Shown in pieces: positions 42,706 through 55,703 of a stretch of 64,000 nucleotides of DNA (the first letter of the stretch is position 1; the number at the start of each line of letters is the position of its first letter). Source of the stretch: Bacillota bacterium (lineage in GTDB: Bacteria > Bacillota > Clostridia > Acetivibrionales > DTU013). The notes beneath the pieces were generated by a model that ran no database searches, was not told where the DNA came from, and saw only the letters and a list, made by a program, of their open reading frames with translations. The position numbers and the translations under genes are program-made. The stretch is from the NCBI GenBank assembly GCA_023411715.1, contig JAEYOM010000201.1, forward strand, positions 3,370-67,369, given 5' to 3'.

Positions 42706-42994
42706 ACATAACACCCTTTCCATAATCACTGCCATAAAAATTCAATAAGTCTTTCTATTTTTTGCCTCAGTTGTCAAAAAAGTAAACAAAAAAGGCACAT
42801 AATAAGAACTATATGCCTCGTCGTTGAGTATAATCCGATTTAACCTGGCATGCCCCATTGCATGCCGCTTATAATAATATGTTTTTTTTAAACATTATAA
42901 ATCTTATAGTGTTTTTTATTATAACAGGGGATAATGGAATAATCAATAGATTTAAAATTATTTTTGCAGGATATTTAAGACACTCCTGCATAAC

Positions 42995-43486
42995 TTAATA
43001 AAACCATGCAATTTTGTTGATGGCGACAAGTGCAGTCACAGCCAGATTTAATAAGCTGGATATCAGTATTTGCGGTTTATACCGGTTTCTGTCAAAACCT
43101 TGAAGTTTGCTTCCTACCTTTTTCATAATGAAGTATATTTGAAATATAATTGCAAGAGCTGAAATACCTTTCAGCAAAACTGTATCCAGAAAGAATGTGC
43201 AATATATCAAAAACAGCATGACAAGCATATTGTACGCTACGCTCAAACCCGTGCCGAAAAGGCGGACATCGATATCGATCATATCTTCAAGCTCCTCTTC
43301 GAGTTCCTCGTCGTTCTCTCGATCGCTGAAACCTTTTCCGGATGACAGGTTAAAAATGTATCTGCAGGAAACAAAGGCAATAATAATAGACATAATAGCG
43401 AAAAAAATCTGGTGATCAGAAAATATCGCGATTACGGGAAACACAAGTATTATAAGAAATATCAGCACGCTGCCTTTTGACTGCAT
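42995..43486 (-). CDS. Hypothetical four-TM membrane protein with an acidic central loop
   Basis: About 163 aa from an internal ATG after GGGAGCG. It has hydrophobic segments and an acidic loop (DRENDEELEEELEDMIDID). I recognise no family. Confidence 0.5.
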   Translation of the reverse strand: MQSKGSVLIFLIILVFPVIAIFSDHQIFFAIMSIIIAFVSCRYIFNLSSGKGFSDRENDEELEEELEDMIDIDVRLFGTGLSVAYNMLVMLFLIYCTFFLDTVLLKGISALAIIFQIYFIMKKVGSKLQGFDRNRYKPQILISSLLNLAVTALVAINKIAWFY

Positions 43487-43728
43487 TTTTCGCTCCCGAA
43501 ACCTAGAATAACAAACTACTTCATTATACACTAAAAAAACATATTCAGATACCTGAATTTTATGTCGGCCAATTGTATCGAACGGCTCCGGGCAATGCAA
43601 CTCCGCACTTCAAGTCCGCAATGTAAGTCACCGCGCATGCCGTTGTATAATATGCCGGCTATTTTGTTATGCTAATAATGATATTCTATGTAACAAAATA
43701 TGAGGCTTCACAAGAAGGAGGATACATT

Positions 43729-44241
43729 ATGTCAAAAACAGTTGTTGGCTTGTTTGACAATCAGGATCATGCCGAAACAGCAGCGCGCCAGGTCAAGGAT
43801 CAGGGCTTGCGTACCGATGACATATCCATTGTCGTAAAGCACGGCGATGCGGAAGAGGGAGAGCGCGGCAATGCAGATGAGGGAGCTCGTGGCGCTACAG
43901 TGGGACGGGCTGTAAATGATAATATATCGGATGGAGTCGTATCGGGCGGTGTGCTCGGAGGTATCGCAGGATTGCTGATCGGAGCCGGAAGCATGGTTAT
44001 ACCGGGCCTCGGTATCATTGCCGCGGCCGGACCGATCACGGGCCTTCTCTCAGGAGCGGTAACAGGTGGTATAGTAGGCGGCCTTATCGATCTGGGTATA
44101 CCGGAAAACAGGAGCAAGGAATACGAAAGTGAATTAAGAAGAGGCAAGGTTTTGTTCAGCATGAAAACTGATGAAGACAAGGTCAGCAGGGTAACGTCCA
44201 TATTGAGAAATACCGGCGCCTCGAGTGTTGAAACCTATTGA
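43729..44241 (+). CDS. YflT/general stress protein 17M-like protein with a glycine-zipper membrane segment
   Basis: The N-terminus, MSKTVVGLFDNQDHAETAARQVKDQGLRTDDISIVV, is typical of the YflT domain. A central G-rich hydrophobic region follows (GGVLGGIAGLLIGAGSMVIPGLGIIAAAGPITGLLSGAVTGGIVGGLIDLG). The RBS is GAAGGAGG. Confidence 0.65.
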   Translation: MSKTVVGLFDNQDHAETAARQVKDQGLRTDDISIVVKHGDAEEGERGNADEGARGATVGRAVNDNISDGVVSGGVLGGIAGLLIGAGSMVIPGLGIIAAAGPITGLLSGAVTGGIVGGLIDLGIPENRSKEYESELRRGKVLFSMKTDEDKVSRVTSILRNTGASSVETY

Positions 44242-44350
44242 TACAGTTAAGCTTATTGTGTAAGCATATAAGCTACATTAAGCCGCAAATGATGGAATCA
44301 ATCGTTGGCAATATGTTGCGCAGCAATTTCGTTAAAATCGGCATAACATA

Positions 44351-44389
44351 AAAAAAGCATGGGACTGTTTAGACGGTCCCATGCTTTTT
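44351..44389. terminator. Bidirectional Rho-independent terminator
   Basis: Stem GCATGGGAC (44357-44365) pairs with GTCCCATGC (44376-44384). It is flanked by A6 upstream and T5 downstream. Confidence 0.7.
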
Positions 44390-44603
44390 CCACAGAACAG
44401 GAACAGGCTCGGTGAAAACGAATCAATGCCGAAAGTCCGGCTTCGCATGCCAGAGTATATTCAAGCTGTAGCTGCTTAGCCTCAATCGCGGTTTTAACCA
44501 AATAGCTTAATTTCGTTGATTTTACTAACAAGGCCTAGTGTTACTAACTAAAACTTGTTAAACACGCCAAAAATAAGATGAGAGTTTTTATATGCCTTGC
44601 GCT

Positions 44604-44621
44604 ACATGGTACCATGTGGTA
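44604..44621. promoter_or_regulatory. Overlapping palindromes upstream of padR (candidate PadR operator)
   Basis: CATGGTACCATG (44604-44615) overlaps GTACCA-TG-TGGTAC (44608-44621). They lie 23 nt upstream of the padR ATG and next to a TACACT -10-like hexamer. Confidence 0.4.
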
Positions 44622-44643
44622 CACTATACCTGGAGGTTAATAA

Positions 44644-44973
44644 ATGGATGACTTTGAATGGGTTGCACAACTTAGACGTGGTATCATGGAATTTTGTATA
44701 TTGCTGCTGATTCATAAAAAAGCTTGTTATGGTTATGAGATAGTTTCAAACCTGGAAAGATTTCACTACCTTTCTATAACGGAAGGCACACTATACCCTT
44801 TGCTGCGAAGACTGCAAAAAGAAAAAAAATTAGAAGCATATTGGCTGGAATCTGAAAGTGGTCCACCGCGGAAATACTACACACTGACAGCATTGGGGCT
44901 TGAGTTGCTGAATGAAATGTCACTAACCTGGGGTGAGCTATCAAAAGAAATAAATAATCTATCTATATTTTAA
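44644..44973 (+). CDS. PadR family transcriptional regulator
   Basis: 109 aa with a winged-helix signature (CYGYEIVSNLE ... ITEGTLYPLLRRLQKEKKLEAYW ... PPRKYYTLT). Confidence 0.88.
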   Translation: MDDFEWVAQLRRGIMEFCILLLIHKKACYGYEIVSNLERFHYLSITEGTLYPLLRRLQKEKKLEAYWLESESGPPRKYYTLTALGLELLNEMSLTWGELSKEINNLSIF

Positions 44974-44987
44974 GGAGAAAGATCAAA

Positions 44988-45512
44988 ATGGATAAAAAGA
45001 CTTATATCAATAAGCTGAGGGAAAACCTGAAAGGACTACCTGCGGAACAAAAGGAAGACATCATCAGAGAAATCGAGCAGCATATAGCCGACACCGTTGC
45101 TGCCGGCAAAGAAGAATCTGTTGTACTGGGCAGATTAGGGGCTCCAAAAGATCTTGCGAAATCACTGGCTGGAGAATATTATGTAAAAAGTAATAGAATT
45201 TTGAAAGCAATTCCTTTCTTTGTGTCAACTAGCATTGAAAGCTTTTTCATGGTTTTTCTATTCGGCGGATTGGCATTACTTTTTGGTACCGGTACTATTG
45301 GATCGGTCGTCGGAGGCATAATGCGAACATTCGGCAACGAAACGGTCAATATGACGATGTTTAATATGGATGTGCCCCGTATTCTGAGTATTCCTGCGGG
45401 CTTACTGACAGCAGCCATTCTGGTGGTTCTGACATATTTATGTTGCCGTGCTCTCAAAAGGTATTTCTTCCGGGTGGCAGACAACTACAAAAAACAACTT
45501 CAATTACATTAG
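44988..45512 (+). CDS. DUF1700 (HAAS) membrane protein, PadR-associated
   Basis: 174 aa. The N-terminus MDKKTYINKLRENLKGLPAEQKEDIIREIEQHI is typical of DUF1700, and TM segments lie at the C-terminus. Confidence 0.8.
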   Translation: MDKKTYINKLRENLKGLPAEQKEDIIREIEQHIADTVAAGKEESVVLGRLGAPKDLAKSLAGEYYVKSNRILKAIPFFVSTSIESFFMVFLFGGLALLFGTGTIGSVVGGIMRTFGNETVNMTMFNMDVPRILSIPAGLLTAAILVVLTYLCCRALKRYFFRVADNYKKQLQLH

Positions 45513-45745
45513 CCGGATCAAGTCATAAAACTTCGTTTAATTGTTGACGATTTATTATCTTGCCTGAAACTGCTTACCACGGAAGAATAGGATATTTTTC
45601 GTTTTTATACGGGTATTGAACCAGTCCAATAAAGAAACCAAGTCAAATGGAGAGTTGAGTTTAATTTCGCGTCAATGATTCACGAAATATTGAGCGGCTT
45701 CGCGGACTTTATAAATATCAGCGTTCAAAAAATAAAGGAGGAAAT

Positions 45746-46083
45746 ATGTTCAGAAAAATAGCGGCAGTTTATTCTATCATAATATTCATTTTAGGTATGT
45801 GGAGTATGATTATCCTGACGGGCAAAATAACGGAAGGACCAGTTGAAATATTGTTTCATTTAGCGTCTAAATTTCCTATGGCGATTCTGTTGCTTCTCAA
45901 CGGTATAGGATTACTCAGGGGAAACTTTTCTTGATAACAACAGGGATGTTAATATACTCTGTTCTGAACGCGGCGGGCTATTATGGGCAAAGCGGAAATA
46001 TCACCATGACGATTATGATTTCAGTAATCTTTATCATATCATCGGGGCTTTTACTGTCCAGACTTATGTTAAAGGGTAAATGA
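45746..46083 (+). pseudogene. Small four-TM membrane protein split by an apparent 1-nt frameshift
   Basis: A 62-aa ORF (45746-45934) ends in ...GIGLLRGNFS*. Around 45918-45935 another frame continues as GKLFLITTGMLIYSVLNAAGYYGQSGNITMTIMISVIFIISSGLLLSRLMLKGK*, ending at 46083. Joined together they would give a ~110-aa hydrophobic protein. Confidence 0.4.
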
Positions 46084-46169
46084 CGATGTAGTATTACATA
46101 TTGGATGCTTTTACGGATATGCTGCTCGTGAAAACCAAGCAGGGGTATGCCGTTGGATGAATGGCCCGG

Positions 46170-46468
46170 GAATCTATCAGTTCTTTAAATCTTGGGCCAT
46201 TTATTTTGCTTGGACATAGTTTTGGGGAGCTATTGCTCTTACTTTTATCTTAAGTGATGATACATGTAAGGAATGTAAAGAGCAAATGGTGAAGAAGGGA
46301 TATTATGTGACCTGGGACGGATCGCACAATGAAATAATCTCAAATCCGGGTATTCAAAAGATAGCATTTTTGAAAGGGAAGCATTATTTGCAGTGGAGCC
46401 AGTCACAAGCGAGTGCTGACATGACAGATGATTTTTTATCCGATAGCAGGGATACTTTTGATAATTAA
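46170..46468 (+). pseudogene. Alpha/beta-hydrolase remnant (frameshift in a G-run, internal deletion)
   Basis: The frame from 46170 reads ESISSLNLGPFILLGHSFG (nucleophile elbow GHSFG at 46212-46226). The reading frame then shifts within GGGG (46224-46227) to GAIALTFILS..., and ends in ...LKGKHYLQW...FL at 46468. It is far too short for an intact hydrolase. Confidence 0.45.
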
Positions 46469-46628
46469 GTGGGGAAATATAAAACATATTAGAAGTATTA
46501 TTCCCATATGGTGATTTTTCTGATATACTCCGCCGCAAAGGCCCCACCGGGTTTAGCCGGCATCTTTTTTGACCGTTCCAGGTACGTTGAGACTATACGG
46601 ATACGCAGAATACAAACGAGAACGATAT

Positions 46629-47645
46629 CTACAGTTCCACCCACGCTCCGGATTCAGACGACCTGTACAATGCATGTATTAGCCGGATTGTCTCTATACC
46701 CTGGCTGCCGTCTACAGCAAAAGGCTTTCCACCAAGCAGGCTGTCATAAAAATCTTCTATCAGCGCGGTGTGCCCGGTACCATAATAAGCCTTTTCTCCG
46801 GTTCTAGGGTGTACGTCGGTAATGACTTCCGACTCACCGCTCTTATATTTTACAGTAAGATCACCGGATAAAGTCATAACGGCATTTTCGCATACCAACT
46901 GGAGCTCGACCGGTACGTCCGCGTATCCGTTAGTCGCGAAGAAGAATGCGCGCGTGCCGTTTTCGAATAGAATGGATGCTTCCGCAGTATCTTCGACTTC
47001 TATTATACCTTCAAGGAACCTTGTATCCGTGTTACCCTTTATTCTTACTGCCTTGCCTGCGAACCACCGTAACAGGTCGAGAGTATGTATCGACTGGTTG
47101 ATCAGGACCCCTCCGCCTTCCTGGGCCCACGTTCCCCTCCAGTGGGCGCCGCCGTAATAATCCTGTCCCCTGAACCAAGTAACGGACGCTTTTGCTGCAA
47201 GTATCCTGCCGGCTTTTCCTGATTCCAGCAGAGTTTTTATGTATCGTGAAGTAGTATTGTAGCGGTTCTGGAAGCAAACACCGAGCTGCCTTCGTGTCTC
47301 CATTGAAACGCCTGTCATCTTCAGGCAATCCTCAACACTGATCGCCATCGGTTTCTCAGTCAGTACATGTTTCCCGGCCTTCATTGCCTCTATCGCCATA
47401 GGCGCATGGAGATAATGCGGAGTGCAGATATGTACGACGTCTATTTCCGGGTCAGCAAGCGCATCCCTGTAGTCTGTCAGGGCTTTGCAGCCGTATCTGC
47501 GTGCCATTGTTTCCGACTTTTTAGAATCTATATCGACAACTGCCTTCAATTCTGCGTGAGGATAATTTGCCAACGCATCCGCATGCAGGCTGTGGATAAC
47601 ACCGCAGCCTATGATCGCTGCTTTATAAACTCTCAATATTCCCAC
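46629..47645 (-). CDS. Gfo/Idh/MocA family oxidoreductase
   Basis: 338 aa with an N-terminal Rossmann fold (KAAIIGCGVIHSLHADAL), the EKP motif (LTEKPMA) and a C-terminal alpha/beta domain. Confidence 0.88.
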   Translation of the reverse strand: MGILRVYKAAIIGCGVIHSLHADALANYPHAELKAVVDIDSKKSETMARRYGCKALTDYRDALADPEIDVVHICTPHYLHAPMAIEAMKAGKHVLTEKPMAISVEDCLKMTGVSMETRRQLGVCFQNRYNTTSRYIKTLLESGKAGRILAAKASVTWFRGQDYYGGAHWRGTWAQEGGGVLINQSIHTLDLLRWFAGKAVRIKGNTDTRFLEGIIEVEDTAEASILFENGTRAFFFATNGYADVPVELQLVCENAVMTLSGDLTVKYKSGESEVITDVHPRTGEKAYYGTGHTALIEDFYDSLLGGKPFAVDGSQGIETIRLIHALYRSSESGAWVEL

Positions 47646-47702
47646 CTCTGCGATGATGTATGGTTTCTGTATATGTCAGGCACTGTTTTATTCGGGAATA
47701 CC

Positions 47703-49421
47703 TTAGTCAACGATCTCGTCGAGAATAGGCCCGCTGTCCGGCGGAGCGGGAGGCTCCGCAACGGCCGGGGCCCCGGACGGCGTTCCGGTCTGTGGCGTTA
47801 CGGTGATCGCACCGGGAGTCGTAGCCGGAGCTCCTTTTTTGCCGACCCATATCTCTTCGACGCAGGGCTTATAACTGCTTGTATGGAGCTTTGTCTGTGA
47901 AATGACTTTGCCGGCCGCCTTTACCGTTTTATAGGTTTCAACGACATAACCGTCCGAACCTTCCTGTTTTATTTTAGTCTTGCCGTACTGAAGATTCGGA
48001 TCGTCGAAGTATTTTGTCTCATGAGGGGTATGACTCAGTATTTTATTGCTGATAATGACGGACTTGTCAGGAGTCTCGTTCGTACCCGTCAGCTTGAAGG
48101 ATATTTTGTTGCCGCTTACGACCGCATTGAGCCTGACGGGCCACTTGGTCGAATTGATAAACCTGAAATCCGTACCGCCGTAGTAGGCGGTAGCATCCTG
48201 GCCCAGCGGCACATAACCTACCGTGAAGGAGTGGTTCCTTCGTTCAGTTACCTGCAGATTAGCTTTCAGTATGGCGTTGTACATCGTAGTTGAGACCTGG
48301 CATATACCGCCTCCTATACCGTTCTCGACCCTTCCGTTGATATATACGTGAGCTTCTTTATAACCGTGTTCAATATCCCTGGGCCCGACGACCTTATTAT
48401 AGGAGAACTCCTCTCCGGGAAGCAGTATAAGTCCGTCGATCTTGGCCGCGGCTAGTCCCATGTTGTATTTCCTGTTCCTGCCGTTCTCAGTCGCAGTCGA
48501 AAAAGTTGTGCTGAATGAAGCCAGCTCGTCTCTGAAAAGCATGGCCGAAGTCATATCGGACGTGATCGCAGGCTTGGTGAAGGTGACCGGCAGCGCTCTT
48601 TCCGCATCCTCCGTCTTCTCCACTTCCGCAACGATATTCGCCAGCGCTGTTTTATCTATCTTTCTTCCCATCGAATGCGGAACCATGACCAATTGTGAAT
48701 TTTCCACCTTATATCCTGCATCGACAGGCTCACTCATTATCTGGTTGTAGAGATCATCGACATTGAACCTGGCAGGGTTGGTAATAATCACCTGGGGCTC
48801 TATAATTCCGCCCTTCCCGCTTTTTATCATATCTTTTACGAGATTTGCAGTTTCGGTCCTGTCGATATTTTCACCGTGATTGCCGGACCTTATGACGACA
48901 TTGTTATCCGTGATCAGAAGGGAGTTTTCCTGTACGCTTTTAAATTTACTTACAGAAAATCTGGTAACGAAATTATCGATCTTCTCCTGGTCAAAGGATT
49001 GCTGTACGTTGACCGGCGTACCTTTTATCCCCGCTTTTGCGATATCATAGAGGCGTATGAACACATTTCCTGTCCGTCCCACCGAATATGCATCTTCAGC
49101 TGCACCCTGTACGTCGTATTTTACTCCGAGTTCGGGGTATGACGCCTTCAGCTCGAAATCAGCGGCTTTAAGTGTGATTTCCAAGCTCTGGGCAGGTTTG
49201 CTCAATTCAGTTTCCATGAGCTGCCGGATTCCCTGCCTGTCAAGCCCTGATACATCAAGGCCGTCGATGGTCACGCCTTTATAGGTCTTATCGTTCTGAA
49301 GGGTCATATATGCGGATACGGAAGCGGATAAAAGCATTAGAGCTATAACTGCGAGCAAAATTATGAATATTGTTTTACTTTTGTTTCTTTTCGGACGCTT
49401 GACATGTACCTCAGGTTCCAT
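47703..49421 (-). CDS. VanW family protein with a G5 domain and a Pro-rich C-terminus
   Basis: It has an N-terminal TM anchor, the VanW core (GGGICQVSTTMYNA), a G5-like segment (GKTKIKQEGSDGYVVETYKTV) and the tail PATTPGAITVTPQTGTPSGAPAVAEPPAPP. I placed the start at the ATG at 49421, after GAGGTG. Confidence 0.85.
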   Translation of the reverse strand: MEPEVHVKRPKRNKSKTIFIILLAVIALMLLSASVSAYMTLQNDKTYKGVTIDGLDVSGLDRQGIRQLMETELSKPAQSLEITLKAADFELKASYPELGVKYDVQGAAEDAYSVGRTGNVFIRLYDIAKAGIKGTPVNVQQSFDQEKIDNFVTRFSVSKFKSVQENSLLITDNNVVIRSGNHGENIDRTETANLVKDMIKSGKGGIIEPQVIITNPARFNVDDLYNQIMSEPVDAGYKVENSQLVMVPHSMGRKIDKTALANIVAEVEKTEDAERALPVTFTKPAITSDMTSAMLFRDELASFSTTFSTATENGRNRKYNMGLAAAKIDGLILLPGEEFSYNKVVGPRDIEHGYKEAHVYINGRVENGIGGGICQVSTTMYNAILKANLQVTERRNHSFTVGYVPLGQDATAYYGGTDFRFINSTKWPVRLNAVVSGNKISFKLTGTNETPDKSVIISNKILSHTPHETKYFDDPNLQYGKTKIKQEGSDGYVVETYKTVKAAGKVISQTKLHTSSYKPCVEEIWVGKKGAPATTPGAITVTPQTGTPSGAPAVAEPPAPPDSGPILDEIVD

Positions 49422-49677
49422 TTTTGACGAACACCTCAAATATGTTGTGTAATTGTCGAAACTTCTATATTTATAATGATCAGACGGTAATATTATCGCA
49501 ATTGTTTCTTTAAAACACAATATATTATATAAAATAAATATTACATTTTGATTACCGGAGCTTCAAAAAATCAATACAATAGTAGAAATTCATTTCGAAA
49601 TGTATTAGGATAAAGTAAACGGGATGCTCCGGCAAAGGAGCTTCGAAGGAAACAGATAAAAGGACTTACATAAAAGG

Positions 49678-50271
49678 ATGAATTTATTTAATCAGGAAGA
49701 ATACCGGCGCATATGTAAAAAATATTGTACGGGTAATGCTGCCGTAAAGGATGTCACTATCAATTATGCCTCCCCGAATTATTACAGCAGGCTGAAAAAC
49801 GCGGTGCAGAGGGACAGAAGAGGCGAGGTGGTGTTTTGTGTGATCAGGCCCGGCGGCAGGATCATAACCGTCACCTGCAGTGAATATCCGGAGAATGTTT
49901 ACAGAATACCGACGGGAGGGATCGGCCACCGGGAGGATATCCTGGAGGCAATATTCCGCGAGGTGAAGGAAGAGCTCGGGTTGGAAGTCAGGATCCGTTC
50001 ATTTGCGGGAGTTGTGCGTATCCGGTTTGAGCACGAAAATGACTGCGTGATGTTTTATTCATACATTTTCATTCTCGACGAAATCGGCGGCAGCCTGCTC
50101 GAAGACGCGAGCGACGACGAGATAAGCGATGTAAGGGAAGCTGGGCTTGATGAGCTCGAACAGATCACGAAGGATCTCGGCTGTCTAAACGGAAAATGGC
50201 AGGATTGGGGCAGATTCAGGCAGATAACTACGGGTGCGGTACTAAACTTCCTGAGAAGCGGGAGTATATAA
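49678..50271 (+). CDS. NUDIX hydrolase
   Basis: 197 aa with the Nudix box GGIGHREDILEAIFREVKEELGLEV (GX5EX7REVXEEXGL). Confidence 0.8.
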   Translation: MNLFNQEEYRRICKKYCTGNAAVKDVTINYASPNYYSRLKNAVQRDRRGEVVFCVIRPGGRIITVTCSEYPENVYRIPTGGIGHREDILEAIFREVKEELGLEVRIRSFAGVVRIRFEHENDCVMFYSYIFILDEIGGSLLEDASDDEISDVREAGLDELEQITKDLGCLNGKWQDWGRFRQITTGAVLNFLRSGSI

Positions 50272-50330
50272 CTGTTAAATTGTGCCTATACTTATAGTAA
50301 ACTGGAGATTTCTATAGGAAGGTGCAATCC

Positions 50331-50633
50331 GTGAATACCGAGATCATAAAATATGAAAGGCAGGACGCCGGAAACCGTCCTAAACCCGGGAAAGTAAAGG
50401 ACACCGTGATTTCACGCATCCCTGCCCGGGCAAATCTAGCCGAGGAAGAGCGGGACATCCTGGAAGCCGCGTTGGAAGCACGTGACGAATGGATCAATAC
50501 GAGCGCCAATTTCGAATATGTATCCGAGGAATTGCTGGTAGATTACTATATATACAGACTCAAGGCCTGTGAAGCAAGATATACCTATTATGTCAGACTT
50601 GCAAAAGAAAAGGGCCTGTCTCATTTTATTTAA
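50331..50633 (+). CDS. yaaL: YaaL family protein (DUF2508)
   Basis: About 100 aa reading ...ARDEWINTSANFEYVSEELLVDYYIYRLKACEARYTYYVRLAKEKG, typical of DUF2508. It is adjacent to bofA, as in Bacillus. A GTG start follows AGGAAGG; the ORF-track start is 50322. Confidence 0.75.
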   Translation: MNTEIIKYERQDAGNRPKPGKVKDTVISRIPARANLAEEERDILEAALEARDEWINTSANFEYVSEELLVDYYIYRLKACEARYTYYVRLAKEKGLSHFI

Positions 50634-50738
50634 TGGGACTGTGATTCTTATTTAGTCATAAATCTCAACTTGTACAAGTATATATTTTGTATAGTGCAGT
50701 GCTGCATATGTATTCGGTCCGGAAATTGGTGTGAGATT

Positions 50739-51014
50739 ATGGCGACGATAGATTATGGAGTGATACTGGCGTATATTGTAGGTATTATTCTGCTCTTCAT
50801 TCTCGGAAGGCTGCTCGTGGTACCGCTGAAGGTAGTGCTGAAGCTTGCCCTGAATGCATTGGCCGGTGCTGTTGCGATCCTGGCCGTTAACTGGGTAGGA
50901 TCGTTTTTCGGCGTCCATCTGTTGGCGCTCAACATCTATTCCGCCTTCATAGTCGGCACTCTTGGCATACCGGGCTTCATCCTGCTTATCATCATTAAGC
51001 TGATATCCGGCTGA
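50739..51014 (+). CDS. bofA: Pro-sigma-K processing inhibitor BofA
   Basis: About 91 aa from the ATG at 50739. It has two TM segments and the conserved core LALNALAGAVAILAVNWVGSFFGVHLLALNIYSAFIVGTLGIPG. Confidence 0.85.
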   Translation: MATIDYGVILAYIVGIILLFILGRLLVVPLKVVLKLALNALAGAVAILAVNWVGSFFGVHLLALNIYSAFIVGTLGIPGFILLIIIKLISG

Positions 51015-51261
51015 AGCACCTGTCGATCCGATTAAATATAGTATTAGTGGGCATTACGATTATACATAACAAATAAATTGCACTTCACAAATTCCGCTAA
51101 TAATGTTAAAATAAAATCAGTGTTATGCTCAATGTTGTATACAATATACAATATAGGCTGTGCAGGCTAGTTTTAAACCTGTATCCACCCTGCATGGCGG
51201 ATATTTTTTTGTATATCTAAATATAAATTTTATTGGGAATTAGTAAAGGGGAGAGATTTAA

Positions 51262-54789
<3,528 letters not shown>

Positions 54790-54816
54790 GCTGAAATAGA
54801 ATAAGATATAGTGAAA

Positions 54817-54848
54817 AGGAGGGCCCTGTGGGCTCTCCTTTGTTTTTG
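54817..54848 (+). terminator. Rho-independent terminator after nifJ
   Basis: Stem AGGAGGGCC / loop CTGTG / stem GGCTCTCCT (one mismatch), followed by TTGTTTTTGG. Confidence 0.6.
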
Positions 54849-55049
54849 GGGTGCGTCCAGCGAAGCCGGACCACACTTGCCGGTGCAAGTCCGACCCGGC
54901 GATGAAAGCCGCTGCACACTTGGCAGCATACAAGCCCCGTTACTGCTTGCAGGCCTGCTTTCCATTGAAAACTTGAAAAAGCAACAGTTCACTTTACAAC
55001 TCCATAACAAAACATTGATAATATTGTTGAAATAAGGAGGTGGATCAAT

Positions 55050-55703
55050 TTGGCATTAATTCTAATCGTTGAAGATGAAGTATCAATTAATGAGCTTGTA
55101 AAAAGGAACCTACAGCTTGTAGGACATCAATGCACCTCTGTTTTTGACGGGAAAGCTGCCGTTTCTGAAATACAGTGTCAATCCTACGATCTGATGATTT
55201 TAGATATTATGCTGCCGGAGCTCGACGGGTTTGAGGTGATAAAGCAAGCAAGAGAAACGCCAACAATTTTCCTGACTGCGAAAAACAGTCTGCCTGACCG
55301 CATTAGGGGCTTTTCAATGGGAGCGGATGATTATCTGATAAAACCTTTTGAAATGCTGGAACTGCTGGCCCGCGTGGAAGCGGTCCTGCGGAGGACGCAG
55401 AAAACAGCACGCTGTTTTGAAGCAGGAAATGTAAAAATGGATTTTAGCAGCCATCAGGTATTTCATAACGGACAGTTGGTTGAATGCACACCAAAGGAAT
55501 ATGAATTATTAGAAGTCCTTGTGAACAACCGTAATATCGCACTATCCAGGGAAAGACTGCTGGAGTTGGTTTGGGGTTACGATTTTGAAGGAGACACCCG
55601 GACCGTGGACGTACATATACAGAAGTTGCGGAAAAAGCTGGGTTGGGAAGACAGTATAAAAACCGTGTACAAGCTGGGTTACCGTCTGGAGGTAGGCCGA
55701 TGA
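55050..55703 (+). CDS. OmpR-family response regulator
   Basis: 217 aa with a TTG start 9 nt after AAGGAGG. The REC domain reads LIVEDE ... DLMILDIMLPELDG, and the winged-helix output reads TVDVHIQKLRKKL ... VYKLGYRL. Confidence 0.92.
   Translation: MALILIVEDEVSINELVKRNLQLVGHQCTSVFDGKAAVSEIQCQSYDLMILDIMLPELDGFEVIKQARETPTIFLTAKNSLPDRIRGFSMGADDYLIKPFEMLELLARVEAVLRRTQKTARCFEAGNVKMDFSSHQVFHNGQLVECTPKEYELLEVLVNNRNIALSRERLLELVWGYDFEGDTRTVDVHIQKLRKKLGWEDSIKTVYKLGYRLEVGR

Noticed and set aside
44298-44531. A 77-aa minus-strand ORF between the YflT-like gene and padR
   Set aside because: Its reading frame runs straight through the strong bidirectional terminator hairpin (44351-44389), and it has no RBS. 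It may be a fossil fragment, but I could not identify a family.
54811-55035. A 74-aa plus-strand ORF, plus 81-aa minus-strand ORFs, over the GC-rich island
   Set aside because: They have no RBS, they overlap the nifJ terminator, and their composition is driven by the GC-rich segment. I treated the region as non-coding (see the finding).
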